64,000 nucleotides of DNA from Amoebophrya sp. A120 (taxonomy: Eukaryota; Protista; Dinoflagellata): NCBI GenBank assembly GCA_905178155.1, contig CAJINV010000001.1, forward strand, positions 11,701,832-11,765,831. Direction: 5' to 3'. The position numbers and the translations under genes were made by a program. Each line of letters starts with the position of its first letter. Position 1 is the first letter of the stretch. Below are positions 12,501 to 26,458 of this stretch, one piece after another. The notes beneath the pieces were generated by a model, which saw only the letters and a program-made list of their open reading frames with translations, had not been told where the DNA came from and searched no databases.

Positions 12501-13380
12501 GAGGGGATACCGGAGGAACAGCCGGAACATGCAGAGAACGACCTTTTTTCGCAAGTACGGCTTGTTGCTGGAGAGCAGAGAACACAGGTCCTGGATGAGC
12601 TCGCGGCCCATGTCCGGAGTGCAGATGACCGCAAGGTTGGACAAAGCAATACCTGACGATGTTTACTTATTTTGATAGGCGATTTTCAAAAAAAACAATT
12701 CATACATCCGGTCGGAAGACCACACAACTCCAGTCACTTCTAAATAATTTTGATTCTTTCACATCTGTCAACTCGAGATGAAATGTCGTCGTTCGGCGAT
12801 TGCACAAGAATTCTCTTGATAGTTATTCTTATTCACCTAGTTCCGTCGGCGTTTTTTTGCCGCTCATCAAGCTTTTTTTGAAGTGGTTGATAAGCATCAG
12901 TCCCAGGTCGTTTTTTTCCTGAAAGCAAAAGGCCGCAGCGAGGTAAGCTGGTCTGCGGAGGGACATTTTTTCGCACCGCGACATGCAGTCCACGATCGCG
13001 AAAGAGGCCCACATGATGTCGTAGCTGGAATGAGTATTCAGTGAGTCGGAAGTTTCATGGTGGTGAAGTGAAGATGAAAAAAATCTTCTCCTTCATTATC
13101 CAGAAAATGCACAATAAGCACAACTCACATCGTCGCTGATCATGTTAGTGTATTCAGACCAAGAGGACCTGCACACGCATTTGTAACATGAGTGAGAGAA
13201 AACCTACCCGAGCATGTTTAGGTAAGCCAACTTCAAGACGGCCATCGACTTGACCTGCATGTTCGAAGATTGCAGTTCCTGCTTTATTTCTTGGACGCTT
13301 TGTTGGATGTATTGATCTTCGGCTCCGCGCGCCCCGCGGATGCCCTTGACCATCGTAACCAACGTCTTCTCGAAAACCAT
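6547..13380 (-). CDS. AP3D1: AP-3 complex subunit delta (delta-adaptin), multi-exon
   Basis: MVFEKTLVTMVKGIRG...KLAYLNMLG; KPYLRKKVVLCMFRLFLRYPLALR; NNNWLMIKLLKVFAQLCPLEPRLAGKL; DRNLRYLGL; DFGWYI; AACAWVLGEY; then hinge and ear-like C-terminus. Contains canonical introns and two TIR introners. Confidence 0.93.
9363..9614. mobile_element. Introner family A (252 bp), non-canonical intron in AP3D1
   Basis: Ends TATGGATTGCAAAAATGTCTGGGTCTGGAA ... TTCCAGACCCAGACATTTTTGCATTTGATA. Flanks AAGAG/CAGAG (4/5 match). Removal gives YILTL-ADIAKK in frame. Confidence 0.9.
9671..11654. mobile_element. Introner family C, enlarged to 1,984 bp by nested insertion(s), in AP3D1
   Basis: Ends TATGCATTGCAAAAGCATCG ... 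CGATACTTTTGCACAGGATA match those of 37768-37904. Perfect CTCGC direct repeats at 9666-9670 and 11655-11659. Removal gives LTMGE-QEQYELVEDFGWY. Confidence 0.9.
9785..11618 (-). mobile_element. Nested poly(A)-tailed retro-insertion, possibly two in tandem, inside a family C introner
   Basis: Plus-strand poly(T) at ~9782-9792 and a second run at ~10758-10769. CATATTT is duplicated at 9778-9784 and 11612-11618. Subtracting the insert leaves a ~150 bp element, similar to the 137 bp family C copy. Confidence 0.7.
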
Positions 13381-14534
13381 TTTGCTGTCTTGTTAACTTG
13401 ATATCCAACCAGCCCAGCAGGAAGCACCACAGCGGACTCACCCACTGTTGTAACGGTCGTGCGACGAAACGATAGAACCTTTGCTGCTCTCGACGTCGTG
13501 AGCCAAGTCCGTTGCCACTGTGTTCCGGAGTCCTCGTCAGTCGAAGGTCAAAGGAGTTCTCGAGCGCTCCAAAGCAACACAAGTGGCAGCGCCGGCGGCA
13601 CGAAATCGCTGACCTCCATGCTGCTCGAGCAGGCGTTGTCACGTCATTCTTGCTATCCAAAAGTGGACTTCAACGTGATCATGTATGCACCCTTTAGCGA
13701 GCAGAGGACTGACAAATGATTACTACTCAATGAATACGCAGCTTGCCGGCGAGGAGCGATCACGACACAAATGAAGACGACGACAGATGATGAGCAGGAG
13801 TGAAGCAGAGATTGCTAAAGAACATGCAGAAAGACGTAATGGATGTTCATGCACGTGCATACGCGCCATTGGGTGCCGGATGATAATGATCTGCCATTTG
13901 GTTTTGAGGTACCGAACACAATACTTGCCTCCCAATGGGCAGCGGCCAGAGAGCTCGCAGCGCTCCTTACTTGGTCTTACAGCAATCCATTGTGACTTTC
14001 TTTTCCATTCTTCGATCATGCAGATGAATGCAAAAGAACGAGGTTCTTGCAGCTCTGCGTAATAATTTTCTTCGAAACAATTATCTTGCAATCTTGGAAG
14101 CTATTCACCTACTTAGAGCTAACGAGGGAAACGGAAACCGAAACGAAAAAAGTAGTAAAAAAAATTATACAAAAATCACTCTCAAAGCGCCCCTACCGTG
14201 CTGTCGGCGTACGTAGCCGTACTGTTGAAACTTTGAAACGAAAGTAAAACTTGAGTGCGGACACCGTATTCGGCGTCTTTTATTTAATGCGTCGTTGAAA
14301 ACTAGTCACCAATTCCGAAGTCCGTTGTCACGTAGTTCTAGACTAACGAAAACTAGGACAACTGAGAAAAACTTTGCGGAGAGTACTACAGAGGTCGATG
14401 TGTGTCGCCGTGACCGCCTCAGTAGGCGGTTTTGTTGATACATATTTATACATTGCTCAGAGGCAGATGAAGAACTCTTCGTCTATTTACGGAAAAAAAA
14501 GAGCCGATGCAGAAAACGCCTTTTCTAAAACGCG

Positions 14535-17500
14535 CTACATTCGGTACCTGTAAACGGCGTTATCAAAAAAAGTATTGGCGTTGTTCCGGTTGGCAAACGA
14601 TTTCACGTCCACCAATTTTGCGTTTTTGACAACTGGCGGCATGACCAGCGTGGGATTCACGGGCTTTTCGAAATCCCAGTCAAACGCCCAGTCCGGCGTC
14701 CGCCCGTTTGTCTTCGTCAACCCCAAGAACCGGTCGCCGAGACTGTCGTGTGCCGACACAGCATTCCGCTTCTGCTTTCTACTCAACCGAGGCACCGTTT
14801 GCGAGGCCGCGTCCTCCCGATTCATGCAGACAAAGTTCTCCGATTTTTCCCCCGTAAGAGGATCCTCCGTCCGTGGCTTCGGCGGCGGCACGTCGTCCGA
14901 CTCGTCAATCGGCACCTTCACACAGGGCTCCACGTTCTCGCACTGCTCCGGGCGGAGGAGCTGGCAGTGGTCGAACTTGGGCAGATTCCAGACCGAGCCG
15001 AAATTCTTCTTACTACTGCGGAAATTGTCGTAGTCCGGGTTTTTCCGCGTGTCCCCGACGACGTCCGTAGCCGGGGTGGAGAACCAACTCGAGAGAACCT
15101 CCTCGCTGTTGGACCCCATGCGCGTCAAAACGAACAGGAACGCCACGGCCGACATGTTGCCCCAAAAATTACTTAAAGTGTCCAGCGTTTCCCGTTGCAC
15201 CTTGTTGGCGCGGACGATGAACCGGGCCAGGGCGATCATCGCCCGATACAAGAGAGCCTGCATGGAATTGGCGGCGGAGCCGTACAGTTCCTGCGAATTC
15301 AGCATTTCGGAGGCTTGGTTCTTTTTGTCTTTCACGTAGTGCTGAATGAACCACGCTTGGTTCTCTTGCATCACCTTCTTGGTGTGCGCTATGCCTCCGA
15401 AGCCAGATTTGCAAGAGCACTCCGTATCCGAAAATTTGGATGCGGGCTCCTCAACGGGTTTGTTAGCCGGATCCTCTCCGGTTGCCGCCGCTGCACCCTC
15501 CTCGCCCCCGGAGGGTTCTGCCGGCCCCTGCCCGGTTTCGAGTAGGGACGTCGCTTCTGTTGCATTCGGTTCGGAGCTCTTCGCAGCCGCCGTACTGTCG
15601 CCCTCGACCTGCTTCTGCGCCTCTGCATCCTTGTTGGAACACATGGGGTTGTCGTCCTTTGCCGCCATGTCTTTCTTCACTACCGCGAAGGTCTTTAGGA
15701 TGCGGTCCAGGAAGCCGTCGGACACGGCGTTTTGCCGCATGTCCCGGTAGAACGCCATGTCATTTTCCGTGTCGCCGCTCCGGGTCTTGACGAGTTTGTT
15801 CCCCAGCGGACAACGCGCAGTTGCACCATCTTCGACGTCCTTTTGCACTGCAGGCTCGAACTCGCTCATAAGTGCGAGACTACGGTCCTGCGCGAGATTT
15901 TCTAACTCTGCCTGCTCCACAACGTTGTCAGCCTCTTGCTTCGCCAGCGCTTTGACGTCCTCCGCCACCGATGTGGTAGTAGCACCCGCTGCGGCACCGC
16001 CCGCTGCAGCACCGCCCGCTGCAGCACCGCCCGCTGCGGCAGTACCGGCCGCTGCAGCAGCACCGCCCACTGCAGCACCAGCCGCTGCAGCACCAGCGTT
16101 ATTCTCCGTTCCCCCGATAGTTATAGTGTGTGAGTGCTTAATGACTTTCTTGTGGGGGCACTCCCACCCAGGCGGAGGACTTCCTCTTCCACTCTTTGAT
16201 ACAGTTCCCGAGGGTTCCTTTTCTAACTTCGCAGAAAGATCTTCTGACGGCTCCTCCTCGTGCATCGCGTCGGTGCTTTCCGCTATGTCTTTTTTGTCAG
16301 CGTCAATCATGGCCGTGATCTTGGGACCAAACACATCCGGAAGCTTTGCGATCGCCTCCTTCACCTGAATCATTACCTCTTTTGGAACCACAGCCAGCTC
16401 GCGCAGGACCGGCCATTCGAACGCACCCTGTTCCTGACTGACTGCGACGAAAGAGTTGGCGTCCTCCTGGCGATGCTGCGCGTCCAGCAAAGTCTCCGGG
16501 GAACCGGGCAGTGGCGGCAAGTGCCGCGCTTTCGTGATCCTGGTCGTTAGGAGCGCGGGCACCACTTCGCACACATCGGCCGGGCCCGCGTGCTCGCAAC
16601 CCGCTTGAACATTCTCAGCGGTCCCCTCGACCGCCAGCCGGCATCGGTCGGGCTTCACTCCTTTTGCTCCCGCCGTTCGCCGACAGGTCTTCGCGGGTGC
16701 GAACTGGCAAAAGCTTCCGAGCTCGTCACACTGACCCTGGTTTGTCGCCATTTGGCAGCCAGCGTGACTCCAGGGGGATTGCCGGTTCCAGGCTTCCCGC
16801 ATCAGTTTCCGTGCATTCAGATGCGACGACCGGCACTGAAAATGCTTCCACGCGCAGCCCTCGCTTTCAGAACACGTGTCTCTCTTCTTGTGTGCTCCAC
16901 ATTTGGCCACCTCGTGGGCGGTTGCCACCTCCACGTTCGCGGGCTGGCACCGGTTGAACTGCAGGCGGCACACTTTCGCATCTGCGCAGGCCTGCGGGTC
17001 CGCGATCCCCTCGCACTGCCCGATTACCGGCCGGCACTCCTTGGGCGCTTCGACCGCCATGCCACCGCCTGCGTTTTGCATAGCGTGCTGCAGTAACAGG
17101 TTCTTGCTCGTCCGCGCGCGGCAGGTGACGCCAACCTCCTCGGCGACCTGGTTTACGGCCGCGAGGTAGTCCTCCTCGGTGGTGTGTGCAAAAAGCAACG
17201 GCAGCCACCGCTTGCCGGGCTCCTGCTCTTCAACCTGCGACTTTTCCAGCTCGGGCTGTTCCCCGTCGTGCTCCGCCGGCAGGTCGCTCGCGTGCGGTAC
17301 GTCCATGGTGTTCGGGCCGCCCTCCTCCGCTGCCAGATCTTTGGGCTTCACACTGTTAGGGTCGATTTCCTGTACTTCGTGGTCCACGGCGTTCAACTTG
17401 TCCGTGTCCAGCTGTGGTAAATCGCTCGCACGTTGCGTGTTCTTCTCGTCCTCTTCTAGGGAGGTCTCCAGAGCGTCCAACGATCCAACTGCGGCCTTGT

Positions 17501-20500
17501 TTGCCTTGTCCTTCGCGTTGGTCGCGGTTTTCACCAGTTGCTCCTGCAACCCGTCCTTCGTCAGCACCTTGGAATTGCGAAACTCCTCGGCTTTTTCCTC
17601 CATCTTCGACCGCATTTTGCCTGTGATGTCGCCGAGCGACAGCTCTGCCTTCATACCGGGGTCCATAAATTTCTGTTCCGCCCTGCGGAGGCGCTCAACT
17701 ACATTCGCGGCAAAATCCGAGTGGCGCCGACGGAGGTGCAGGTACGCGAAGGGCACCTCACCGGGTGGTCCCGCACCGTAGTTCACTGTGTGCGCGCGGT
17801 GTGCGAACTCGTCCTTGGCGAACAACGGGAGCGGCATTGGCGGATCCTCCCCGTGGTCACGATCGTCAGGAGGCACTAGGCTCTCCAAAACTTCCTCCTT
17901 CGGCAACCCCTCCGGCGTCAGCTCAGCCTCGGGGGTGTTACCGCCTTCACGTGCGCTCTCGGAATCCGTACCACCGAACAAGTTCCGCCGCAGTTGCGCC
18001 AGGAAACCTTCGTCCTCATCAGACGCCGGCTCTGCCTTTTCCGCTGCTTTCAGAAGTGTAGACTTCGGCGGAAGCGGCCGACCCATGCGCAGAAAATTCT
18101 CGTACACCAGTCGCTCCATAGCTTTGTGATAGAGATGCGCTGCATCCTTGGGATCCACCCCTTTCTTGATCGTGTCCGCAGTCATCTCTTTAACTGTCTT
18201 GAACCTTTTCTTCCCGCCCGCTGCTTCAGCGCCGGCCACCTCTGCCCCCGCCGGCGCTGCAGCAGTCGCGCCTGCAGCCCCGGTTCCGTTGGTTTGTTGT
18301 CCTGCCGGTTCTTCGCCTTCCTCCGTCTCACCCTCGACCGCGTCCTCCACCTCCTCGGTCTCTTTTTCCACTTCAGCGAATTCCCTCGTGCGACAGGCGT
18401 TTACCTCCATGGCCTCCTCGTCTTTCTCTCCGCCCTGATCGTCTGCGCCGGCCTGCTCCACCGCCTCGGCCGTCGGTGTGTGGGGCTCCCCGGCAAAAGC
18501 GGGGTACCCGTGTGATTGCAGCTGCTTGCGGGTAATCGTCGGGATGGACTGGAAAAACGCCTCTGCGCCCTCCGACGACGCGAAGTGCAGGTGGTTCTGC
18601 ATGTTTTTCCAGTATTGCGTGTCGTAACCGTGGAACTCGATGTCGACGTCCTTGTTTTTCGACTGTCCAAAACTGAACGCCGCTCCTATCAAAATGAAAA
18701 GTCCCCCCTCCCCATATTGAAACGGAAACTTCTGTTGCTGGATTTGTATACACAAATCAGCCCTGTCTTGCAGCGAGGCACTACAGGCAACGCCTCAGCC
18801 TGCGTAGGGGTGTTTTGTTGTAGGCTCTTGGCATAAGAGGGGCCTGCCATGTAGGTGAAACAGCATTACAAATCGCCTCCCTAAGGCGGCGGATTCTTTG
18901 GGTTTGCCTTCTTGCAAGACAGATGTGATTTGTGACCTCAAATCCGCAACACAAATTTTTGCAAACATACCTTTTCGATATGGGGAGGGGGGATTTTTCC
19001 TCTCAATAGCTCCGGGATCCGCGAGCTCGCCGTCCAGGCGGCGGGCGATGAACTGCCGCATCACGTCCGCCCCGTAGTCGCACTTTGCGTACTTGATCAG
19101 CTCCTCCTTGTAGATGCGCTGCTTCTCGGTCCGAAAGTGCTCCTTGCGCTCTTCCGCAGTCCTCGGCAGCGGCCGCACGCATTCGGCCCCCTCTGCGCAG
19201 GGCCCGTGCTCCACGAACTTGGCCACGGGCACTTTCTTCAGCCCCGTGGGCAGGTGCACATCGAACGACGCCGCGGTCGCAGCACCGAGGGGCAGGACGT
19301 CTCGGCTGTGCCCGCCGGGGTGAAACCTTCCCAAGGTGCCCGCGCTGACCGCACCGTCTTCGCCGCAGTATTCCAGTCGATCGCCAGGTTGGAGATGTGA
19401 CCTGTGGAGGTGCGAAACGGATATCTTGAGCGCCTCCTCGAAGAACAGCTCATACTCGTCGGTGTCCGGGAAGTACCGCCCCAACCGCGCTTTCCGATTG
19501 GCTAGCGGCCCGAAGTGCTGTTCCGGGATTCCTGGCGCTTGATTTTCCTCTTTTGTCACGTCCGTCGTGGTCGTCACTTCTGCCGGAGTCTCTGCGAAAG
19601 TGCTGGCGTTTTTCGTTTTTGCCAGAGGCGCGGAATTTTTAAACTCGATCTCCAGACCTTGCAACCAGACCTCGCCATTCTTCCACTTAGTGGGCTCGCG
19701 ATCTCTGTGTTCCTCGGTGATCGTGTAAGCTCTTTCCCCAGGTTCGAGAATTTCGTCCCCATCCTTCTTCAACCTATTTCTTTTCCTCTTGAACAACAAC
19801 GACTGCATCGTCCTCCAACTGTCGTTGTCGTGTGCCGGATCTTTGTTGGTCGCACTCTTCGCCTTCTCTTCCTGTTGGGGTTCGGATTTTGAATCTTTCT
19901 TGTCTGATGCCACCTCTCCTGTCTCAGTATCTTTGCTTTTGCTACTGCTACTTTCAACCTTTTGTTCCTCTGTAGGTTCTTTCTCAGTTTCACTAGTGTT
20001 ATCTTCCTTTTCCTGCGCGGAGGCGGCGGACCCGGTCGTTGCACTAGCACTCTTCGTCGGTTCTCCAGCATCGTCACCTGCTTCTGGTGCCGGTTTATTT
20101 GTGCTGCTAGTACTCTGAACAGAACTACTGTTTCCTGCACTGCTGGAGCTACTCCTGCTCTTCTTCACAAATGCTGTTGCATGTAACGTTTGTTCATCGA
20201 CGCGATTAGTACTTTCTTGCAAACGCCTTTGCGATATCGCTAGTTCCGACGTTGTAGATTCATTATTCTGTCCGCCGTATTCAGCATTGTCAGCGCCTTC
20301 GTTTTCATTCTGCGCGCCGTCTTTTTCGGCTTCTGCGTTTTCCGCTGCAGCAGCGGCGGCAGCTGCAGCCTCCTTCGCTTCACGCAGTGCGTTGCAGTGG
20401 TCTTTGGCATTCTGCGAAACTCGGCAGACGAGTTTTCGGCCGTCTTTGCCGATGCCTTTGTTGATCGCTGCGTCCTCCGCTGTGTTGCCGTCAGCAGTCC

Positions 20501-23500
20501 CTATTGTTTCGCCTTTCGGTACGTCCCCGCTAGTCGCGTCGCCTTCGCCTACTGTCGTACGATCTACCGTGATGTCATCATGCGCCGGCTCCCGATCCCA
20601 AACACAAAGCCCGCCCTTGATTGGGTGCTGCGTTGGTTCGTCCAAATGTGCAACGTACACGCAGGAACCGCACTCGGTCGACGCGGACTCTAGGCATCTC
20701 TGCTCGTTGGTTGGTTCTCCGCAGCAGGTTGCCTCGTCAGCTTCGGTGCAGTCGGGGCCCTCGCAGAGTGCATCGATCGGACGCGGATGGTGGACGGGGC
20801 AGGTGAGATGCAGTGTGGGCCATGGTTTCATTTCTTCCTGGTCTGCTGCAGATCTTTCCCCGCCTTCTTTTGTCGTAATCGCATCTGGATTATCGCCGTC
20901 GCCGTCTTGACCCGCAGCTCCGTTTTGGTCCGCGTCCCCGCTTTGGTTCTGGTCCGCGGATGGTACTTGGGGATCCTCGTCTGCCTCTGCGGTCGTCGTC
21001 GTATCATTCTGGATTGCATCCGCTTTCTCGCCGCCATCAAAAGCTGTTGCTTTCGAAGAAGCTAGTGGCCCATCCGCGGCCTCCTGATGCCCCCGAGTGC
21101 TTGTTTGGGAAATCGCAAGCTGTGAAGTTGTAGTTTTACTGGCGTCCACTTGATCCTCTGTGCCATTGCTGGCAGCTACTTTGTCATCGTCTTGAATTTT
21201 CTGCTCCGGCTCGGGATCAGTTGGGTTAGTCTCTGTGTTCGCAGCACCATTTCCTTCCTGATTCTCCTTTTCGGCGTTCGCATTTTCGGCGTCTTCCGCA
21301 CTTGCCTCTCCTTCAACCGGCTGTTCGTCCTTCTCGGTCTTTTCCGGGTCCACTTCCACGGCAGCACGCTCATCCTGTTGCGGCCTCGGTCTGATGAAGC
21401 CCGCGAACTTGGGAGAGTGTGGGCGAAACCCGTCCTGGCAACGCTGCTGCTTATGCGAATGCAGATCGAAGTAGCTCTTTCTAGTTTTCGTGACCAGGCG
21501 CTCTAAATCGAAATCGGGAAAGCTCTTCATGCGCACCGGCCTCAAAACTTTGACCATAACCGTAGACGAGTTGGCCGCTGCGTAGTCCGGTGGCGTTACC
21601 ACTTGGACGTACGCGCCCCGTAGCACGTCCTCCACCTGCTTCGTCCCCTCAGTTTCCGGGGGGATGTTCGCTTCTGTTTTAGTTGTCGTTGTGCTGCTCG
21701 TCTTATTGGCATCATCTTGAAAAGCAGTATGGCGCGACGCGGTACTTCCTTCCGTAATCTGGTGCAGTGGAAATTTCGTCGTCTTTCGCGACAGAAACGA
21801 GGAGACTCCGTGCGCGTTAGTAGACGCAAGTTGCGTTTGGCCAATTTCAAGCATTTCAGTTGCCGGCGGAGAAGCGCCAGCGGGTGCAGCTTCTGTCTTT
21901 CCTTGCCCGACGGCACCATCCGCATGCTCGGCATCAGCTACATGCTCAGCACCTCCCTCGGACTCATGCGTCGCGAAGTCCTCCGGCAAAACGTACAGTT
22001 GCGCTAGATCCTGCTTGCGCAGCCCCGTGGTCTTGTGTTTGAAGACAAGCCTCGCAGGTACGAGCGCGGGCGGAAGGCTCTCGTCGATCTTGCCCTCCTT
22101 CTCAGGCCACACGCGTAAAAACGTGCTGTCTTCTGCCGATCCGGTGTCGGCTATGTTGCTCCGGCGCTTTCCGTTTTCGTCCACCTCCTCGCTAGGCACA
22201 AATGGTTGCGCATCCGTCGTGCCCGCAAACTTTCCGTTGCGGAACGGAAACCGCATGGCAAGATCCTTTTCGTCGCCAATCTCCACCAAATCCCCGGTTT
22301 TGATCACCCCTCCGTGACCGTCCTGGATCACCTCCAGACGCGGCACCCGAAGCTCGACCCACGCGCGGGTCTCGAACCCGCGCGGGTCCACGTGCGCGCG
22401 CACGTGGTGGAAGCAGTCGCTCGTGCCGTCACCCACCAGGCCCCGCGCCACCATCTCGGCCGGGCGATTGCTGCGGAAAACCTTATCGATGTGGGCGGGC
22501 GTTGGCGATTCCGGGACCTCCATCGACGCGATCTTGTCCAGTAACCCGGTGCACACATCCGCCTGCGGATCTTCGGTCGGGGGCTCCCGGGTGATCACCT
22601 TTTCTTTGATCGCGTACTGCGCCGAAATGCGTTTGCCGTCCCGGTTCACGGCGTTGCCGTCCTGCGGCATAAAGACGCGCTTCTCGTCCACGCCCAGGGC
22701 TTTCGCCAGACTGGTTCGCATCTCCTCGCCGTAGGGGCAAAAGTCCGGCAGCGTCGTGCCCTTGCGGCGCGGCAAAATCGAGACCTTGAGCGTGCGTAGC
22801 GCGCCTTCGCTGTTGAAGCGCTCGTCCGCGTCCGCCAGTCCGTTGCTGGAGGTCATCGTCCCTATGCGGCCCAGGGCCGCTTCCTGCATCGCCTTCGGGT
22901 TTTTCAAGCGACCCCGCGCCTCCTCCTGCTCCAAGGGCGTCAAGTCCCGGTCTGGCTTCTGTTCGTCAAGCAAATCGCTCTCCTGCAAGTTGTCCAAGCT
23001 GTCACGCATCTCCCTGTACCTCTCGTACCGAGGATCCTCGACGCTGACCCGGTGCTGCGGAGCGCAGTTCTCCTCCTCTGGGGCGTCCTTGTCTGTGGCT
23101 AGCCACTTGTCCAAGACTTTCTTCGTCTCCCACTGCTCCGGACCCCCGAAAAGCTTCAACGACAGCTTCTGCTCCTCGAAGTTCAGCAACTTCTTTTCCA
23201 GCTGCTCCCGCGCCTTTTGGTTCAGACTGGACTCGTCTGGGGCCTCCTCATCCGCGACGCCCGCCATCCGCGCGATCATTTTGCACATGTGCGACTTGCC
23301 GTAGCTGAGCCCGTCCTTCTTCAGGTTCTGGAAGTTCGCGTAAATGTCCTTCGCCTTCGCCGCTAAGCTGCTGGACCCGCTTTCCGGGGCGAACCCGTAA
23401 GCGCGATAATAGGCTGTGCGGTACGCGCCGTGTAAAATGTCGGTCGTGGGCACTGGCTCCGATGCGCCCTTCTTCGTCAGCGGAATCTGGGATGTGAAAT

Positions 23501-26458
23501 GCAATTGCAAACAGGCTATTGGAATTGGTGCAAGCGCTCATATTACTCTTTCAAAAGTTTGCCCTTGCGCGATTTGGTAGACCAGATCATGATCGTGTAA
23601 ATAAGAGCACCCTCGACCTTGACAATATTCTGCATTTTAACGCAATAAAAATGAACTTTTACTGTACCTCTATTCGTTTAACGGCAAGAATTTGGGGACG
23701 CTGCAGCGAGGTCTCGACCACGTTGTAGCGGTCGCCCACGTACCCGAGCGCTTGTCCCCGCACGCCGCTGTATGCATCGTACATGTCCAACGCAGTTTCT
23801 TTACCTTTGTGTGAAGCGGCGGCGGCAGCCTGGCCAGCCGCCGAATCTTTTACCTGCACCCGCAACTCCTCCGCATGGATTTTGGCCTCATCGGCGGCCC
23901 AGTGCGCTTCGTACGCAGCGGCCTTGGCCGTAGACCCCGCGCCCCGCAGCCCATCGACGACGCCCCCACGCATCTCCGGGAACTCTTCCCGAAGTTCATC
24001 AACAAGTTCGCTACGCATGTTTGCCCGCACTATATTTGCGCGCTTCATACCGTCTCCTGCATCAGACAATGTCGGAACTTCCGTTTCGTCCAGATGCTCA
24101 GAAAAACTGTCCGCAAACCCCGAAGGCACCTGTGGGAGTGTAACCGGGATTCAGTTGGTGGATCTATGCAAATGTTTTGTTTTTCCTGTCGTGACAGTCA
24201 GTCCGCTCCAAATCACTAGGTTAAGCACGCGCAGCAGACGCTAAACACGTCGAAGGAGCTAGGGTCGTGCTGTGGTGCGCTCTCATGTTGCATCTGCTCT
24301 GCAGCTGAGGCTTTACATATATACATCCTCGTCCTCCGAAATTAATAGAACCACGAAGACGTAGTACCTTGCGGTGCAGATTTTGCCGAAAAGCGTTGCG
24401 TCCCACTTCCAAAAATTCCGACGCAGGCTGTTCGTGCTTTGCATCTAGTGGTGGCACCACAGCCTCCTCGTTGTGTTGTGTTTTGGCAATTTTCCAATGA
24501 GCATCGTCCGCTACAGGGGGCTCTATTGCGTCCGGCTCGGCGTCCGGCGGGTGCTCTATTTTTTCTGCGTCTTCACCTTTCGGTTCCACACCGCCGTTTT
24601 TAGCCGTGGCTGTGGCATTGTTCTCTGCGTCGTGATTTTCTTGTTCCTGGGACGCTCCACCTGCTCCCTCCTGTGCTGTTCCCGCCCCGGCACTCTCGTC
24701 TCCGGCCGCCTGCGATCCCGGCTGTTCCGCCTCTCCCTCGGGCAGTTTGGGCCTGTGTGAGATGATCTCACCGTACATGTTCGAGGCTTCTTCGTTCGCC
24801 GTGTCCCACAATTCCTGGTTGGACATGCGCGCCATGGCGGACCCTACGGGGGTCCACGCGGGCGCGTTCCTCCGCGACACCAGCAGGTGGTTGAAAAGCT
24901 TGCAGGTGTACTGACGCAGGCGGCCGAGGTCCCCCTTGGGCACGTGCGGATTTTCGTCGAGCTCTGGGTGCACGCGGAGCGGGTCGTTTTCGAACACGTC
25001 AGCGCACTTCTCGTCCTGAAAGCCGCACTTGGAGCGGCACTCTTCCCAGTGCTTCTCTTCCGGCGTCAGCTTGGACGCGTCCTCCCGACTCTTGTAAAAC
25101 TCAAACCGGTACGCTCGCGTCGGTTCATTAGCAGCTTTGTTTTCACCATTTATTGGGAGGACAGCGTGGTCTTCTGTACTCCTCGGCCGCGCGCCCTCCA
25201 GACAACGCTTCGGCAACTTCGAGAAGTCGTAGGCGCCCCGGACCTCCACGGTTTTTCCGACCTGCCGTTGCTCGCCCCGGTAGTGGCGTTGACACGCGTC
25301 TTCCGACTGCTTCAGCTCGGCCGCGAACCGATGCACGTGGCGCTCGGTCAGGTTCGGGTCCTCTTGCCAATCTTTAACACCCTCGATCTTGATCTTCATG
25401 CCCTCCATGGTCCACCACTTATCCCCGGTGGCCATGTAATCTGTCGGGTCGTACTTTTCCAGGAGCTCCACCTGTTTCGCGGTCCAGCGGTGCGGCTCCG
25501 GCTGGGGCAGGCCGTCTGGGCTGAGCCCCGCTTCCGCCACGTCCTTCACAAAGTCTTTGGGCAGCAGCTCGGGGTCCTGGAACACCTCGATGCCCGGCAC
25601 TTGCACGGGGCGGCAACGCTTGTTCAGAAAGGCTTCCTCGTCGACCGAGAAATCTGGGTGGTTCGGCGACATCATATCCCAGAGAAAAAAGCTAGAACTA
25701 CATCGATCGTATCTATTTTAATTTGTCCTGTTGTGCCACATAAGTAGACAACGGGACCGTCCAAAACACCATGCAGTTGGCGCGCCCTCGCCCGTGGCGA
25801 GTGGAATTATTCGATCTAATCTTTCTTTGCATGCCAGAAATAATACGCGACTCTTGTTCCTTTTTTCTCTGCAATACATCACGCAACGCACGTACAAGGG
25901 CTTGATAACCATCCGCTCCAGCTTCTCCACTTCAGCGTTGTGGTCCGCCTGCCGCTCGGCGTTCTTCTTGACCTGCTTCTCCTCGTCCTCCTTCAGTTCC
26001 TCTGCAAGTGGTTTCGACTCCTCGCCAGCCTCCTCGAACGCGGACGCGATTCTGCGCCGCTTCAAAGAAGCTCGTGGCGCCGACCACGTCGTCACGGATG
26101 AAGACGAAGCGGGTGGAAGAACATTTTCGCCTGCAACTTCACCAACGGGCCAAAGGCGAGTGCTGGCCTGATTGCGCACTCCAGTCTGGATCGAATCGGC
26201 GGCTACTGACGTCCTGATCCGCTGTTGCGGCCGTGACGCGCTGTGCGCATACGGCGGTCCTCGTGCTGCAACAAATGCAGTTCTTCCTGCCTGTTGACCA
26301 GAGCGAAAACCGCACAGAGCTGTACCAAGCGTCGGTTCTTCTGGCAACATGCTGGCACGACCGTAGGAAAAGTGTAGGCCGTATGAACTGCCGTCCTCTC
26401 GCAGGCACGCATCTTCGCCGCCCGCAACCGCGGACAGCAAGTGTTGTGTTACTACCAT
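14535..26458 (-). CDS. Giant (~3,600-3,700 aa) lineage-specific protein with Cys-rich modules and acidic low-complexity linkers; 5' end uncertain
   Basis: ORFs 25718-26458, 24221-25675, 23659-24129 and 18795-23510 join through plausible GT-AG introns. ORFs 18795-23510 and 14535-18755 are in the same frame and fuse (ADPGA-AFSFG) when the 322-bp introner plus one 5-bp repeat (327 nt) is removed. Confidence 0.7.
15984..16098 (-). repeat. Degenerate 15-bp coding tandem repeat (GCAGCACCGCCCGCT) encoding (GGAAA)n
   Basis: Protein reads GAAAAGAAVGGAAAAAGTAAAGGAAAGGAAAGGAAAGA. Confidence 0.8.
18687..19008. mobile_element. Introner family B (322 bp)
   Basis: TATCAAAATGAAAAGTCCCCCCTCCCCATATTGAAA ... 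TTTCGATATGGGGAGGGGGGATTTTTCCTCTCAATA. Perfect GCTCC direct repeats. Same length as, and homologous to, 38923-39244. Confidence 0.92.
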
